Translations under genes and position numbers: made by a program | Notes under the pieces: model-generated | The model's input: the letters and a program-made list of their open reading frames with translations, nothing else | The model's database searches: none | What the model was told of the DNA's origin: nothing | Shown: piece by piece, positions 16,526-27,063 of the stretch | How the letters are laid out: each line of letters starts with the position of its first letter | Position numbering within the stretch: position 1 is the first letter of the stretch | IMG/VR virus record: IMGVR_UViG_3300035208_001992 | DNA: 64,000 nt | Direction: 5' to 3' (one strand) | Source of the DNA: a virus | Taxonomy: Duplodnaviria > Heunggongvirae > Uroviricota > Caudoviricetes

Positions 16526-17317
16526 TTAGCCTGGCATGATTCCAAGAGATCCACTGTAACGGCGCTTCATAGACTGTTGCAAGATGCGCAAGCGCCTGAC
16601 AAGTTCTAGCCGTGCTCTTGGCGTTGTGTTCTCGATGAATCTCTTGTACTTCGGCGGCAACAGTTTCGCTTCGATCGATTCGATCATCAATGATTCTGGC
16701 GGAGCTTTGATGAAGAGCGCAATCTTAGTGCTATCAGCCTTGCCACCAATCGACGCTTCGTCAAGAAGACGAGCACCGCGTTGCTCGAGGATGTAAATGA
16801 TCTCTTCGATGTATGCCCGTATCTCAGTTGGCGATCCATGATACGCTTTGTCGTGCTCAGGCGTCTTCTTCTCGAGGCCACGCGTACGCGTAGTTGCTGC
16901 CTGCTTCACGAACTTTGACTTCTTTGACATATAGTCGACAGCATGTACTATCTCATGCACGATCGAGCCACGATACGCGTCAAAGTACACGGTCGAGAAC
17001 GGTACATGAGGCACGCCACGAGCATCGATCACGTGCTTTTGCATTATGGACAGCCGCACGCGCATATGCTCTTTTGAGAAACCAGCACGCACTGATTTAT
17101 CATCGTCAGGCTTGATTTCGAACTTCAAATTCAATGGCACGTCAAGAGACTTGATCATGCCATGCGGGCCTTGCACATTACGTAGCACTAAGACTACAGA
17201 CTTATCTTCAAGTCGCAGTCCGTAGGCGTCAACGCACTTAGACACGATCTGACTTTCGATTTCATGCGTCAATGGCGAGTGATCAAAAGAGGCACCGGCA
17301 ATCGTTTGCTGGTCCAT
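16526..17317 (-). CDS. HEXXH (zincin-like) putative metallopeptidase
   Basis: IVHEIVHAVD with downstream Y.GSPTEIRAY (possible third ligand Glu); GGAG SD. Confidence 0.6.
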   Translation of the reverse strand: MDQQTIAGASFDHSPLTHEIESQIVSKCVDAYGLRLEDKSVVLVLRNVQGPHGMIKSLDVPLNLKFEIKPDDDKSVRAGFSKEHMRVRLSIMQKHVIDARGVPHVPFSTVYFDAYRGSIVHEIVHAVDYMSKKSKFVKQAATTRTRGLEKKTPEHDKAYHGSPTEIRAYIEEIIYILEQRGARLLDEASIGGKADSTKIALFIKAPPESLMIESIEAKLLPPKYKRFIENTTPRARLELVRRLRILQQSMKRRYSGSLGIMPG

Positions 17318-17328
17318 ACTTGCTCTCC

Positions 17329-17368
17329 AAAAGAAAGAGGGTCCTGCTGCAATGCAACAGAACCCTCT
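17329..17368 (-). terminator. intrinsic terminator
   Basis: Hairpin AGAGGGTTCTGTTGC-ATT-GCAGCAGGACCCTCT followed by TTCTTTT. Confidence 0.85.
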
Positions 17369-17384
17369 AGTTCATAATTTGGCG

Positions 17385-18188
17385 TTAGCCCAGTTGGCTA
17401 GCGGGGATTACCATGTTCGACACAGGACGTGCTTCTGTGCTGAGTTCAGCAGCAGTGACCGTGTTGATCTTGATCGACTTCGGCGTGCTTTCAATAGCGT
17501 CTTCAGACTTGCGCTTCTCTTCGGCAATGCCTTGCGCAGCAAGTTTGCACTTGTTTTCGCATTCGGCGCGCACACTTGCAGGAACGTCATCGACAGTTGC
17601 AGCTTCACCAAGACGGCCCATCTCCTTGAGACGATCGAGAGCGTCGGCAAGTTCGATTTCAAGCAGCTCGGTGTACTGCTGTTGCTCAAACTCGTCGAGT
17701 GCTGTCTTCTTCGCCAGCACAGCGTCTTCAGCAGCGCGCTTTTCAGCGTCGCGTGCAGACTTGTCAGCGTCCCATGCGCGCTTCCACTCGACGTATTCGA
17801 CCGGAGGATTCCGTTCATCGAGCTCGCGGATGTTAGCCATCGCGTCGAAGAACGCCTCCCAACGAATCCAGAAGTTGACCGTGCCGCGAACGGTCCAGTC
17901 GAAGCGCTTGAGACCGGCCATGACGAAGTCGCGCTCTTCAGCAGTGAGCACGATGAACGTTGCGTCCTTCATTGGACCATCAGGGTGCTTGAGCTCGGCA
18001 AGCTTCTTGCGCAGCTCCCAAACCTCGAAGATCTTCTCGCCTTGCGCGATGGACTCGAGAGCGAGCTGAACGCCATACAGACCAGAGATCACTTCGCGCA
18101 AGACGCGCTTGACGACCTTCTTGTCTTCGACCACGTCGACAATGGCCTGTGCTTCTGGTAGGGAGATGATGAACTTGTTGCTTGACAT
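17385..18188 (-). CDS. hypothetical protein with coiled-coil C-terminal half
   Basis: ORF track; GAGG SD; A/C-rich leader; Glu/Lys/Ala-rich helix. Confidence 0.8.
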   Translation of the reverse strand: MSSNKFIISLPEAQAIVDVVEDKKVVKRVLREVISGLYGVQLALESIAQGEKIFEVWELRKKLAELKHPDGPMKDATFIVLTAEERDFVMAGLKRFDWTVRGTVNFWIRWEAFFDAMANIRELDERNPPVEYVEWKRAWDADKSARDAEKRAAEDAVLAKKTALDEFEQQQYTELLEIELADALDRLKEMGRLGEAATVDDVPASVRAECENKCKLAAQGIAEEKRKSEDAIESTPKSIKINTVTAAELSTEARPVSNMVIPASQLG

Positions 18189-18265
18189 CAATTGACCTCA
18201 CGTTGTTTGTTTGTTGTTTGTTGTTTGAACCATGGCGTCTGCCATAGAGAGTTAGTCTCAAGAAC

Positions 18266-19174
18266 TCACGCTGTCGGAAGTCCTTGATCTATGAACGGTG
18301 CAGTTCTGTCCTGTTGCGGTATGTGATCGCGTATCAATGCTTTCGCATTCAACCGATCAGCCATCCAATCAAGAGTCTGTTGCTGCTTGAACATATTGGT
18401 GTTGTAGCTGTCAGTGAGCTGTCGCCACGCGTCGAATCCAAGCGTAGGCGTTGTAGCAACCACCTGCAGCGTGAAGCTCATTGTGAACTCACCTGGATTA
18501 TCAGCACTCATCGAGAACTGAATGCCGTCAGGCGTGAACCATCCATAGAGCAGTAGTCGCGGGAACACTAGCGTCGAGATGCCCATGACAATTCGATTCG
18601 CGGTCTGTTGCTGCACCTTGCGAGCGTCTTCGTACGAATTCTCGACTTGCTTGACAACGCCACTCTTGCGTACACGCCACTCATTAGCTAACGCGAGCAT
18701 AGCGTACAAGTTCTGCACGCCGATCGGAACTTTGGCGGAGTACAATCCACCAACGCTTGCTTGCATATACTCGCGTTGACCATGACGATGATCTGCAGCC
18801 ATCTCTTCAGAAGGTGGAGTCATTCCAGTATATTGCTGTGCAAGCGCGTATTGCTCTTTGGTACTCAAGTCGAACTGTGGAAAGATGTTGCCTGACGACA
18901 AGTTGAAACTCACTTGCATCGTGTTGTTCAGCGAACGTGTACGGCGTCGTCTCCAAATGTACATGTAGCCACAGTTGTTGCCAGCATCTTTTGCAACGCG
19001 CAATGGTATGTTGAAGTCAAGCTGTTCTGGATTGATCGTGAGCGCGATGTATTTCCCAGCGTCCATCCAGCTTTCGCACGAGATGATCCATGGATCACGC
19101 TGTACAACAGCATGCGTTGCGTCGAGCTTCCAGCCTTCAAGGCGTCTTTGGCTTTCGTCAACTGTGTCGGCCAT
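18266..19174 (-). CDS. putative tail-tube/baseplate-hub-like protein, paralog 1
   Basis: Paralog of 19182..20291 (INPE/INPD, GVQNLYAML, ANRI, FP.L.LYG). The beta-rich pattern suggests a tube-initiator-like fold (inference). Confidence 0.5.
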   Translation of the reverse strand: MADTVDESQRRLEGWKLDATHAVVQRDPWIISCESWMDAGKYIALTINPEQLDFNIPLRVAKDAGNNCGYMYIWRRRRTRSLNNTMQVSFNLSSGNIFPQFDLSTKEQYALAQQYTGMTPPSEEMAADHRHGQREYMQASVGGLYSAKVPIGVQNLYAMLALANEWRVRKSGVVKQVENSYEDARKVQQQTANRIVMGISTLVFPRLLLYGWFTPDGIQFSMSADNPGEFTMSFTLQVVATTPTLGFDAWRQLTDSYNTNMFKQQQTLDWMADRLNAKALIRDHIPQQDRTAPFIDQGLPTA

Positions 19175-19181
19175 TGTTCAC

Positions 19182-20291
19182 CTAACTTAGATTGTTGTTC
19201 TGGTTCGAAGCAACGTCGCTCGTTCGCGTACCGTCAAGCCTGCTGAGCAGCGTTGCCGCATATTCAGCTTCGGCTGTTCGCCTGTACTTCTCGTCGAGCT
19301 TTATCTTTGCTGCTTCAGCGACTGCGTTCACTTTCACACCAGCATTCGACGTAAGTCCAGCAACTTGCTTGCGTATCCAATCAGCCGCAGACAGCTGCGT
19401 TGGCGCTTTGTCACCATCATAGATGCGATCGTCGCAGACTCCACTCGGTGTTTGCACAGCTGACGGCATCACAAACGAATCATATCGAGCAGTGCTGCGA
19501 TACATCCCGTCCTTGTATGCTCGAATCATTGAATCGAATTGCGGCGCTGTGAGTGACGGATTCGAATCTGTGATCCACAACGAGAACGTCACATCAAAGT
19601 TGTTGTAATTATCGGCGCTCTCTGACCATTGCAAACCGCTATCCTCGAACAGCCCGTACAGCGTCAAGTTCGGGAACGCCAGAGAGTTAGTATTTACAAT
19701 GATCCGGTTGGCGACGGAGAAAGTTTGTTTCTGTCCGCCAAGTCCAGTCTCGTTCGAGTCAATGATCCACTTATCGTTCATCAATGACAGCATAGCGTAC
19801 AAGTTCTGCACGCCAACTGGTATCTTCGAATTGCCGCTATATAGCCCAACAGGTGATCCGGTCTTTGCAGATACCTTCACGGTCTTGAATCGTCCGTAGA
19901 CATTGTCGCCAGCTTGCGAGTCACTAGGCTTCATCACGCCTTTACTCGAGAAGCCAGTGTCATAGTTAGTGTTCGCGTATTGCCAGACCTTCTGCTTAAA
20001 GGCTTGATTGAACACAGGCTGGATATTGCCAGAGTTGAACTTGAATTGGATGACAGGAAAGTCGAAGACAGAGTTCGTGCGCGTCCAACGCCGCACAGTC
20101 ATGAATTTGTTGCCCTTCATCGACACTTCAGTCGAGAGGATCTTTACCGAAACTTCGAGCGAATCCGGATTTATGGGCAAGATGAGATACGCGCCAGACT
20201 TCAGCCAGCGATCTGATGTGATTGTCCACGCGTTGCTACGATCGTCTTTACCGACGAAGTCAACGTTGTTTGGATCTTGTATTTGTGCCAC
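19182..20291 (-). CDS. putative tail-tube/baseplate-hub-like protein, paralog 2
   Basis: Shares the same blocks as 18266..19174. Confidence 0.5.
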   Translation of the reverse strand: MAQIQDPNNVDFVGKDDRSNAWTITSDRWLKSGAYLILPINPDSLEVSVKILSTEVSMKGNKFMTVRRWTRTNSVFDFPVIQFKFNSGNIQPVFNQAFKQKVWQYANTNYDTGFSSKGVMKPSDSQAGDNVYGRFKTVKVSAKTGSPVGLYSGNSKIPVGVQNLYAMLSLMNDKWIIDSNETGLGGQKQTFSVANRIIVNTNSLAFPNLTLYGLFEDSGLQWSESADNYNNFDVTFSLWITDSNPSLTAPQFDSMIRAYKDGMYRSTARYDSFVMPSAVQTPSGVCDDRIYDGDKAPTQLSAADWIRKQVAGLTSNAGVKVNAVAEAAKIKLDEKYRRTAEAEYAATLLSRLDGTRTSDVASNQNNNLS

Positions 20292-20308
20292 ATGAACCCC
20301 GATGCAAT

Positions 20309-20342
20309 GAGAGAAGGCCCAGGACTATGCCGTCCTGGGCCC
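20309..20342 (-). terminator. intrinsic terminator
   Basis: Hairpin GGCCCAGGAC-GGCATA-GTCCTGGGCC followed by TTCTCTC. Confidence 0.7.
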
Positions 20343-20361
20343 AGTTAGTGGCCTAAACCAC

Positions 20362-21066
20362 TTACTCTGCAGCGACGCTGAGCTGCTGCGTGCAGAGGCC
20401 TTGGACCTCTGCATTGTCATGGAGCTCTGTCTTCAAGAAGAGCCAATCGGCACGCTTGAGCGAACGAGAGTTGTCCGTGACCTTGTCGATCAGCGTGTCG
20501 CTGTCGATTGTCTTTTCCTGGTACTGCAGCACGAGGGCCTTGAGGAAGTCCTTGACCTGCGAAGCCGCAATCTGCTGCTCAGGCGCACCTGGCGTTAGAT
20601 TGACAGTCTCGAAAGCAGGCTCCGACCTCATGGACTGCGGAAGCGCCACGTCGGAATCCTTCGAGAAGCGCGACGCTGTGATCTTCGCGGCCTTGGCGGC
20701 CTTGCGTGGATCACGAAGCTCTTCGAGCGCCTTTGTTGGGTCGACGAGGACGACAGTGCGGTTGTTGATGCTCTGGTCGAGATGAAACGATTCAGCGATC
20801 GACTTGTGAGGGACGACAGCTGAGATGTCCTGTGGAATGTCCGTGTTCTCGACGCGGAACGATTTCTTGCGGCCATCGGCCAGCTTGAAGTCGATCAGGA
20901 TGACCGCGTTTGTCTTGACATTGTTCCGGACAAAGACCGGAAGTTCATGTTTCACAAGAAACTTGACTGTGAGGTCTTCAGGATGATCTATCAAGTGCTT
21001 GAGCGCAAGCTCACGCGATTGAAGTTCGTCATGAAGCTTCTGCATGGGTGACATGTTTTCTGGCAT
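20362..21066 (-). CDS. hypothetical protein, 234 aa
   Basis: ORF track; followed by its own terminator. Confidence 0.8.
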   Translation of the reverse strand: MPENMSPMQKLHDELQSRELALKHLIDHPEDLTVKFLVKHELPVFVRNNVKTNAVILIDFKLADGRKKSFRVENTDIPQDISAVVPHKSIAESFHLDQSINNRTVVLVDPTKALEELRDPRKAAKAAKITASRFSKDSDVALPQSMRSEPAFETVNLTPGAPEQQIAASQVKDFLKALVLQYQEKTIDSDTLIDKVTDNSRSLKRADWLFLKTELHDNAEVQGLCTQQLSVAAE

Positions 21067-21092
21067 GGTATTTCTCTCTTGTTGGTTGTTTC

Positions 21093-21132
21093 AGTCGGTG
21101 AAATTGGTAAGTCGGTGAAGTTGTAAGTTGGT
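21093..21132. repeat. short intergenic tandem repeat (AGTCGGTGAA x2 plus a partial third copy, 16-17 nt period)
   Basis: Units start at 21093, 21110 and 21126. Confidence 0.55.
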
Positions 21133-21142
21133 TCTCGGCCTC

Positions 21143-24100
21143 CTAGTTAGCGATGCCAAGGGCGTCATCACTCAGCTTGACCTTCAGTAGCCTGTAGACC
21201 CTGCTTGAGATCATGACTGGGTTTCTTAGTGGAGCTCGCAGCGACAGCCGCTTCACCTCACGTCCGATTCCTTTCTGAGTCACTTCCTTCCAGTAGTATG
21301 GTTGCATGCGTCGGAAGCCACAAGCGCTAAGCACCTGTGCTTGCTTTGCAGTGCAATCAGTTTGGATGATAAGCAACCGTTGATCAACGACGATGTAGCC
21401 CAAGTCAATCTCAACAGCACGTGCTGCAGTGATTGCGTTGTACACAGACACTGTTGCTGTCTGGTCTGGCTTCTCGATCCGTCGTAGAATCCGCATCACC
21501 TGCTTGAACTCAGGCGTGTCGAACTCGTCAATGTTTGTCAATGTAGCACCGCTACGCTGCAGACGCTTGAGCAATATCGGCAACTGAGCTTCAGTCGTGA
21601 TTGGGAAGAACATGCTGTTGAACATCACGCGGTATCCAGGGATGCCCTTGATCTTCTTCCAAAGCGGATTGCTCTTTGTTGCTGGGACAACAAGCGTGAT
21701 CAAACCGTTTTGGTCGCCAATCGCTACTTGCAATGTAGCAGGATCATCAGTTAGCTTAGCGTCACGCTGCACTGGTCCTGAGATCGTGCGCTCATTGTCG
21801 CCAGGCTCTGGCGCTGGCTTACGCACGCGCTCTTCACCTGTACGGCGCTGCAGCGCTGCATCTTGCGTTGTTGTGAACTGCTTCGATGCGCGCTTGAACG
21901 ACATCATCAAGCGGCGATCATCATCATTTGGATTGACGCGATTGTCACTGATTGCTGAGTACACAGCGAGCACAGCCTTCGACTTCTTGAAGATCTGATG
22001 GAACTTGCCAATCATGACTGCTTCGTAGATCGTCGTCACAAGCGAGTTGTCGACGCTCAACGGGCGCTTTTCAAGGAACGTGGTCAGCTTCTGATCGAGC
22101 CCTTGCTTGCTAGCTGCACGAAGCAGCTTCACAATGCGTTGACGCATGATCGTCTCTTCATCGTCCTGTCCGATGTCGCGAAGATCGCGTTCAGCGCGCT
22201 GCTCGATCTCTTCCTCAGACACGCGGTTAGTCTGTGGGATGGACATCTCTTCTGGCTGAATGCCAGCAGTTGGCCATGGCTCGTAGACCTTGGATGAACC
22301 TGCAATGTCGCGATCTTCATGACGGATGTTGTCGTTGTCGAGACCATAGAACGTCAAGCGGACGGGCTTCAGTTCACCAGCGCGCTTTTCATCGCGGATG
22401 TACATGTAGCCTTGCTTCTTGGCTGCAATGACATACACGACCTTGTTCTCGATGCTTGTGTTGGGCTCACGCGGAATAAACGTCGGTAAGCCGTGGAACG
22501 TGGTTTCACGTGAAGGCTCGCGAATTTCATTGCGACGATCCAATTGCTTCCACACGAACTTCAGCGGATCACGATCCATCTGCTCTTTGGTATCGCATAG
22601 CTTGAGCAAGTACGAAGCGCGCCAGACGTTAGACATCTTGAGCTCGTACTCGTAGATGCTCTGGTGCAGGTCAAGCAAGTTGACGCTGCGTTGTCCGCTG
22701 CTGTACGTGTAATTGACCAAGTTGTACTCGCCAGAGATCTCACCGCTCGGTCCAGCCGTCTGCGGATTGACTGTGATCTCTTCGATCCACTTGTTCGAGT
22801 CGAAGTCAGACGAGACCTTCTTGTTGACGTTCTCACGCGTGATGAGTCGAGCTAACATAGCAGGCTCGAAGCTCTTCGTGCACAAGATGTTGTCAACGTA
22901 AACGTTCTTCGTCTGGCCTGTACGGAAGGCACGTGCGATCGATTGATCGAAGTCACCAGTGGTCCACGGAATCGTCAAGCGAATCACGCGGCTCACTGAT
23001 TGCATGTTCACACCCTCTTTGATCGAATTCTCGACCGCACAGAGGATGAATGGCGACTTGTTGTTCGGATCGCAGAACGCATCGAGATGCTCACGGTGCG
23101 CAGCGTCGTAGTAAGCAACGTCGCGATCAGTGAACCCGTTCTCTTTCAGGATACGCACCATGTGCTGCGCGATCAATGCGCGGTCACTCATGATGACGAT
23201 CTTGCCGATCTTCTCGCTCTCGGGTCCAGCCTGTTCTGCTGGCACAACGTAAGTGCCGCCTGTCGATGCGAAGTGCAATCGCACGCGTTCAAGCACCATA
23301 TTGTCCTTGGGACCACGCAACAGGTCTTCGACGTTGAAGCTCATGCGTTCGCGAACGGTACGCAGTGCTTCAGTGAAGACCGGGAAGCGCTCAGGCGCCG
23401 ACACTAACGCGCGAAGCGCCATGAGGCGTCCTGCAACAGTCGACGCTCGCATGTTTGTTGCAAGATCATTCGACTCGCTCTGCAAGCGTGCGATTTCGCG
23501 ATCTTCGTCTTCGATCGTGTCGGTCTCATCAACGTCTTCGAGTCCGTTGTCGTTGTCGGTCTCATTGTTGATGTGACCACCAAGAGCTTCAGTGAATTCG
23601 GCTGGGAACTGTTCCTCAGTCGAATCCCAAAGCGTCTTGTAGATATTGTAGACAACTGGAGCCTCTTGCTCGAAGTTAGCGAAGAAGAACTTCTCTTCCT
23701 TGCGAGGCATTTGGTACAGCCACTCTTCACGGCGCATCGTGATGACGCCACGACGCTGGATGTACTGACGTAGCTCCTTGAGCTTGTCATGGTTCCAATC
23801 ACGGCCGTTGTTCAACGTGTAGCGACGCTTGAAGTCAGCCACAGAACCAAGCATCGTCGGGTCAATGAACTTCACCTGGTTGAACATGTCTTGCGGCGAG
23901 CGCGAGATGAACGTGCCAGTCATGATGAACTTGTACTTCACACGCGATAGTGCCATACAGGCCTTGTGCGCGTAAGAACCAGTCTCGTAGTTGTTCTTGA
24001 TCTTGTGCGATTCGTCAAGGAACACGATGTTGACGCCGGCTTTGCTCAACATGTCCTCGACTACGGGGAACATGTACTCGACCTTGTGATGCACCTTGCC

Positions 24101-27061
24101 GTTCTGGCCTTGGCGTGTCTCACCAGTGAAGATCTTCACAGCGCTATTCGAGTCACCGAGATAGCTGTATGCTGTCAAGATCAGAGTGTTGTCTGGTGCG
24201 TCCTTGATGCTCTCCATGATTTCATTCGGAGACTTCAGCTGCTTCATGCGCACGTTCTTGTTGCGCAATGTCACAACGTTCAGGCGAGCTGTACCAGCCT
24301 TGTTGTTAGGATCACGAGCCGTGAACTTCTTGATTTCGCGGTAGAAGTTCGTGATGAGTGCATCAGGCATCACGATGAGCGCGCGAGGCTTCACGCCTTG
24401 CTCACGCAACATCTCGATTCGACGAATGATGAGCAAGATGGAGATCAGAGTCTTACCACCGCCCATGTCGACGTCGAGCACGCCCTTGTCAAGCTGGCCA
24501 GCCATACCAAGTGCACGCACCTGGTGAGGCTTCAGTTTGAAGAACTCAGCAACGCCGCGTGAGTTGAGATAGCGACCAAGCCCAGGGAACTTCAGATCGA
24601 GGTCTGGATTCTCGAGTGCTTCGAGCTGCTTCTCGATCTTCTCCTTCGCTTCCTCATAAGGAGGGAAGTCGACGACGCTTTGCTGCGCTGCCATGAGCAT
24701 CACGCGCAGTTGCGGGATGAACATGCGAGTTGCAAGCGACTTCAGGTCTTCATTGTCGTCTTCACCAATGAAGGTGTAACCGCGAGCAAGGGAAGATGCC
24801 TGTCCATCAATGACCGAGAACAATTTGAAGTACGTGTCGACCATGTTGTACAAGATTCGACTACCATTGTAAGATGCACGTAGCATCTCAACAGTGATCT
24901 CAATCAGGTCAGGCGTTGCGTTGTTAGACGCAGCAATCTGAGCCATGCCTTCATCTCGCAACAGGCCACGTGCCCAATCGACACGTAGAGGCTCGAGGCT
25001 GATTCCGTACTCATTGGCACTCGCCTCGTAACGAGAGATCGCGTCACGAATGTGCTTGCGCTCAAGCGCGACACCACGACTGTGCAAGTCAACGAAGTCG
25101 TAGTTGTTGAGTTCAGCAGCGTCATTGAACGTGCGAACGCGCAACTTGCCGTCTTCCTTCGTGTAGTAGTGGATCATCTTCTGATTGAAGTCCACGAACA
25201 CAGTGCGACCGGCATACTTGCGCATGAGCTCAGACGAGTCAACTTCATCCTTCAGCGACTTCGGCAATGTGCCAGTCACTTCGAAGTCAGGGAACTCAGT
25301 ACGACGATCGATGTTCTCGGCAACAATGAAGTAGCCTAGCGAGTTCTTGATCAGCTGCGATTCGATGTTCGGATCATTTTGAGGAGCACGTAGCGAAAGC
25401 TCACGGTGCTCAATCATTGGATCGCCAGTGCGTAGCAAGTTGTTGAGGCAACTTGTGCTCAGGTCATTGATGTTAGACGCAGTGATGACGAATGCGTCAT
25501 ATGTTGCGACCTTCAGCTCTTCAATCTTCATGCCAACGATGCCCCAGAAACCAATCACCATGTAGCTGACGACTGTTCCAGAGTTTGTGTTCGGCTTGAA
25601 TTTGTAGACACCAAAGTAGATGCCACCAGCACAGCCATTAGATGCATCGCCGACGCGGCCGTTCTTGTTGGCTTCGCCCCAAAGTTCGATGGGGATCGTC
25701 CATTCAACCGTACCGTGCTCAGAGCCGTTCATGCTCTTGATGACGCGCAGTTCACCGGCGGACAACACAAGCTTCGGATCAGCCTTGAACTTGACAAGGT
25801 TGAGCTTGCGGAAAAAGCGCTGACGGATGTATTCAGAGCTTACGGCGTTGTCTTCAGAGTCATGACCCGTCGAATACGTGAAGTTAGCGCCCATGCTGAT
25901 GCCAAGGCGCTCGTCTGCCTGGTTCTCACCTGGAGCAACGACTTGAGTCTTGCCAAGAGTGAAACCAATTGCAGCAGCCTGATGTCCATCGAAGAATGCA
26001 GCAACGTCTGACGCACTGCCGAACTTTGTGGTGTCAACAGCCTTTGAAGCGCCATGGACGATTGCCTTGTCGACTTGCTTCACAAGCTTGACGTCAATGC
26101 CATAGCGACGCACTGAACGCTTCTTGGACGCAACGTCACTTGAGCGCTCAGCATCATCTACGCCGTTGTTCTCGCCAGCAAGATCAGCAGCACTTTCGTC
26201 TTCTTCGCCTGCAGCCGGAGTGAGATCGAGATCTTCGATGTCTTCAGCGTCAACATCGACTGTGCGACGTGGCGCAGCTTCAACGAGCTGCATTTCAGTT
26301 TGCCGAGTGTCATCAACAAACGCAGTAGCGACGCTGCTAGGGCGACGACGCTTCTGGTGATGGAAGTCTGTGTCGACTTGGCCAATCACACCACTGAGAT
26401 TCTCGAGCCAACCGATATCTCCAGGGTTAGCCTTGTTGTCATCCATGTACGACTTGAGCGCACCAGGAAGACGCTGCGCAACAGACCGAGCCATGAGCTT
26501 AGCACGCGTGAAACGATTCATGAGAGCCTTTTGGATCTCACGCACCTGATTGATCTCAAGCTGTGCTTCAGATCTTGTCTGCAGTTCTTCACGACGAGCA
26601 GCGCGACGAGCAGAACGAAGTGCTTCGCGCTTTGCTTGTTCACGCGAGCGCTCAAAGCGCTTCTTGTCTTTTACGCTCAGCTTATGCAAGCGCTCTGCTT
26701 CAAGCTCACGCGCGAGCTTCTCAGCGCGTGTTTCACGTACTGGAGCCACAGGCCTCTTCGGAGGTGCTTGCCGTGAGTTACGTACAGGTGCAGGAGCCGG
26801 TTTCGGAGCACGACGAGGCACGGGCACTGGCTTTGCTGGTGCTCTCTTTGGCGCGGCTTTTGGTGCTGGCTTTGGCGCAGGCTTTGGCAGTGGCTTTGTG
26901 CGCCTCACTGGTTCTGGCTCACGCATCGGTCTACGCGCAGCAGGCTTCATCGGTTTTGCTGGAGCCTTCTTTGGAGCAGGCTTTGGTACTGGCTTCGCAG
27001 AACGCTTCGGAGGTGGAGGCGCAGCACGACGTGCAGTGACAATCTTTTCAAGCGGCGTCAT
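21143..27061 (-). CDS. large SNF2-family (SF2) helicase/ATPase, 1972 aa, with K/P/A/R-rich N-terminus
   Basis: LKPHQ (Q motif), DMGGGKT (Walker A), FLDESHKIKN (DExH), MTGT, KEGVNMQ, PWTTGDFDQSIARAFRTGQ. Confidence 0.9.
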   Translation of the reverse strand: MTPLEKIVTARRAAPPPPKRSAKPVPKPAPKKAPAKPMKPAARRPMREPEPVRRTKPLPKPAPKPAPKAAPKRAPAKPVPVPRRAPKPAPAPVRNSRQAPPKRPVAPVRETRAEKLARELEAERLHKLSVKDKKRFERSREQAKREALRSARRAARREELQTRSEAQLEINQVREIQKALMNRFTRAKLMARSVAQRLPGALKSYMDDNKANPGDIGWLENLSGVIGQVDTDFHHQKRRRPSSVATAFVDDTRQTEMQLVEAAPRRTVDVDAEDIEDLDLTPAAGEEDESAADLAGENNGVDDAERSSDVASKKRSVRRYGIDVKLVKQVDKAIVHGASKAVDTTKFGSASDVAAFFDGHQAAAIGFTLGKTQVVAPGENQADERLGISMGANFTYSTGHDSEDNAVSSEYIRQRFFRKLNLVKFKADPKLVLSAGELRVIKSMNGSEHGTVEWTIPIELWGEANKNGRVGDASNGCAGGIYFGVYKFKPNTNSGTVVSYMVIGFWGIVGMKIEELKVATYDAFVITASNINDLSTSCLNNLLRTGDPMIEHRELSLRAPQNDPNIESQLIKNSLGYFIVAENIDRRTEFPDFEVTGTLPKSLKDEVDSSELMRKYAGRTVFVDFNQKMIHYYTKEDGKLRVRTFNDAAELNNYDFVDLHSRGVALERKHIRDAISRYEASANEYGISLEPLRVDWARGLLRDEGMAQIAASNNATPDLIEITVEMLRASYNGSRILYNMVDTYFKLFSVIDGQASSLARGYTFIGEDDNEDLKSLATRMFIPQLRVMLMAAQQSVVDFPPYEEAKEKIEKQLEALENPDLDLKFPGLGRYLNSRGVAEFFKLKPHQVRALGMAGQLDKGVLDVDMGGGKTLISILLIIRRIEMLREQGVKPRALIVMPDALITNFYREIKKFTARDPNNKAGTARLNVVTLRNKNVRMKQLKSPNEIMESIKDAPDNTLILTAYSYLGDSNSAVKIFTGETRQGQNGKVHHKVEYMFPVVEDMLSKAGVNIVFLDESHKIKNNYETGSYAHKACMALSRVKYKFIMTGTFISRSPQDMFNQVKFIDPTMLGSVADFKRRYTLNNGRDWNHDKLKELRQYIQRRGVITMRREEWLYQMPRKEEKFFFANFEQEAPVVYNIYKTLWDSTEEQFPAEFTEALGGHINNETDNDNGLEDVDETDTIEDEDREIARLQSESNDLATNMRASTVAGRLMALRALVSAPERFPVFTEALRTVRERMSFNVEDLLRGPKDNMVLERVRLHFASTGGTYVVPAEQAGPESEKIGKIVIMSDRALIAQHMVRILKENGFTDRDVAYYDAAHREHLDAFCDPNNKSPFILCAVENSIKEGVNMQSVSRVIRLTIPWTTGDFDQSIARAFRTGQTKNVYVDNILCTKSFEPAMLARLITRENVNKKVSSDFDSNKWIEEITVNPQTAGPSGEISGEYNLVNYTYSSGQRSVNLLDLHQSIYEYELKMSNVWRASYLLKLCDTKEQMDRDPLKFVWKQLDRRNEIREPSRETTFHGLPTFIPREPNTSIENKVVYVIAAKKQGYMYIRDEKRAGELKPVRLTFYGLDNDNIRHEDRDIAGSSKVYEPWPTAGIQPEEMSIPQTNRVSEEEIEQRAERDLRDIGQDDEETIMRQRIVKLLRAASKQGLDQKLTTFLEKRPLSVDNSLVTTIYEAVMIGKFHQIFKKSKAVLAVYSAISDNRVNPNDDDRRLMMSFKRASKQFTTTQDAALQRRTGEERVRKPAPEPGDNERTISGPVQRDAKLTDDPATLQVAIGDQNGLITLVVPATKSNPLWKKIKGIPGYRVMFNSMFFPITTEAQLPILLKRLQRSGATLTNIDEFDTPEFKQVMRILRRIEKPDQTATVSVYNAITAARAVEIDLGYIVVDQRLLIIQTDCTAKQAQVLSACGFRRMQPYYWKEVTQKGIGREVKRLSLRAPLRNPVMISSRVYRLLKVKLSDDALGIAN

Positions 27062-27063
27062 TG

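Noticed and set aside
18201-18230. GTTT/GTT microsatellite-like tract
   Set aside because: It is a short, imperfect A/C-rich leader on the coding strand, most simply an unstructured translation enhancer.
13853-27061. Inteins or introns in nrdJ or the SNF2 helicase
   Set aside because: The core motifs are contiguous, and no intein splice-junction or LAGLIDADG motifs are evident.
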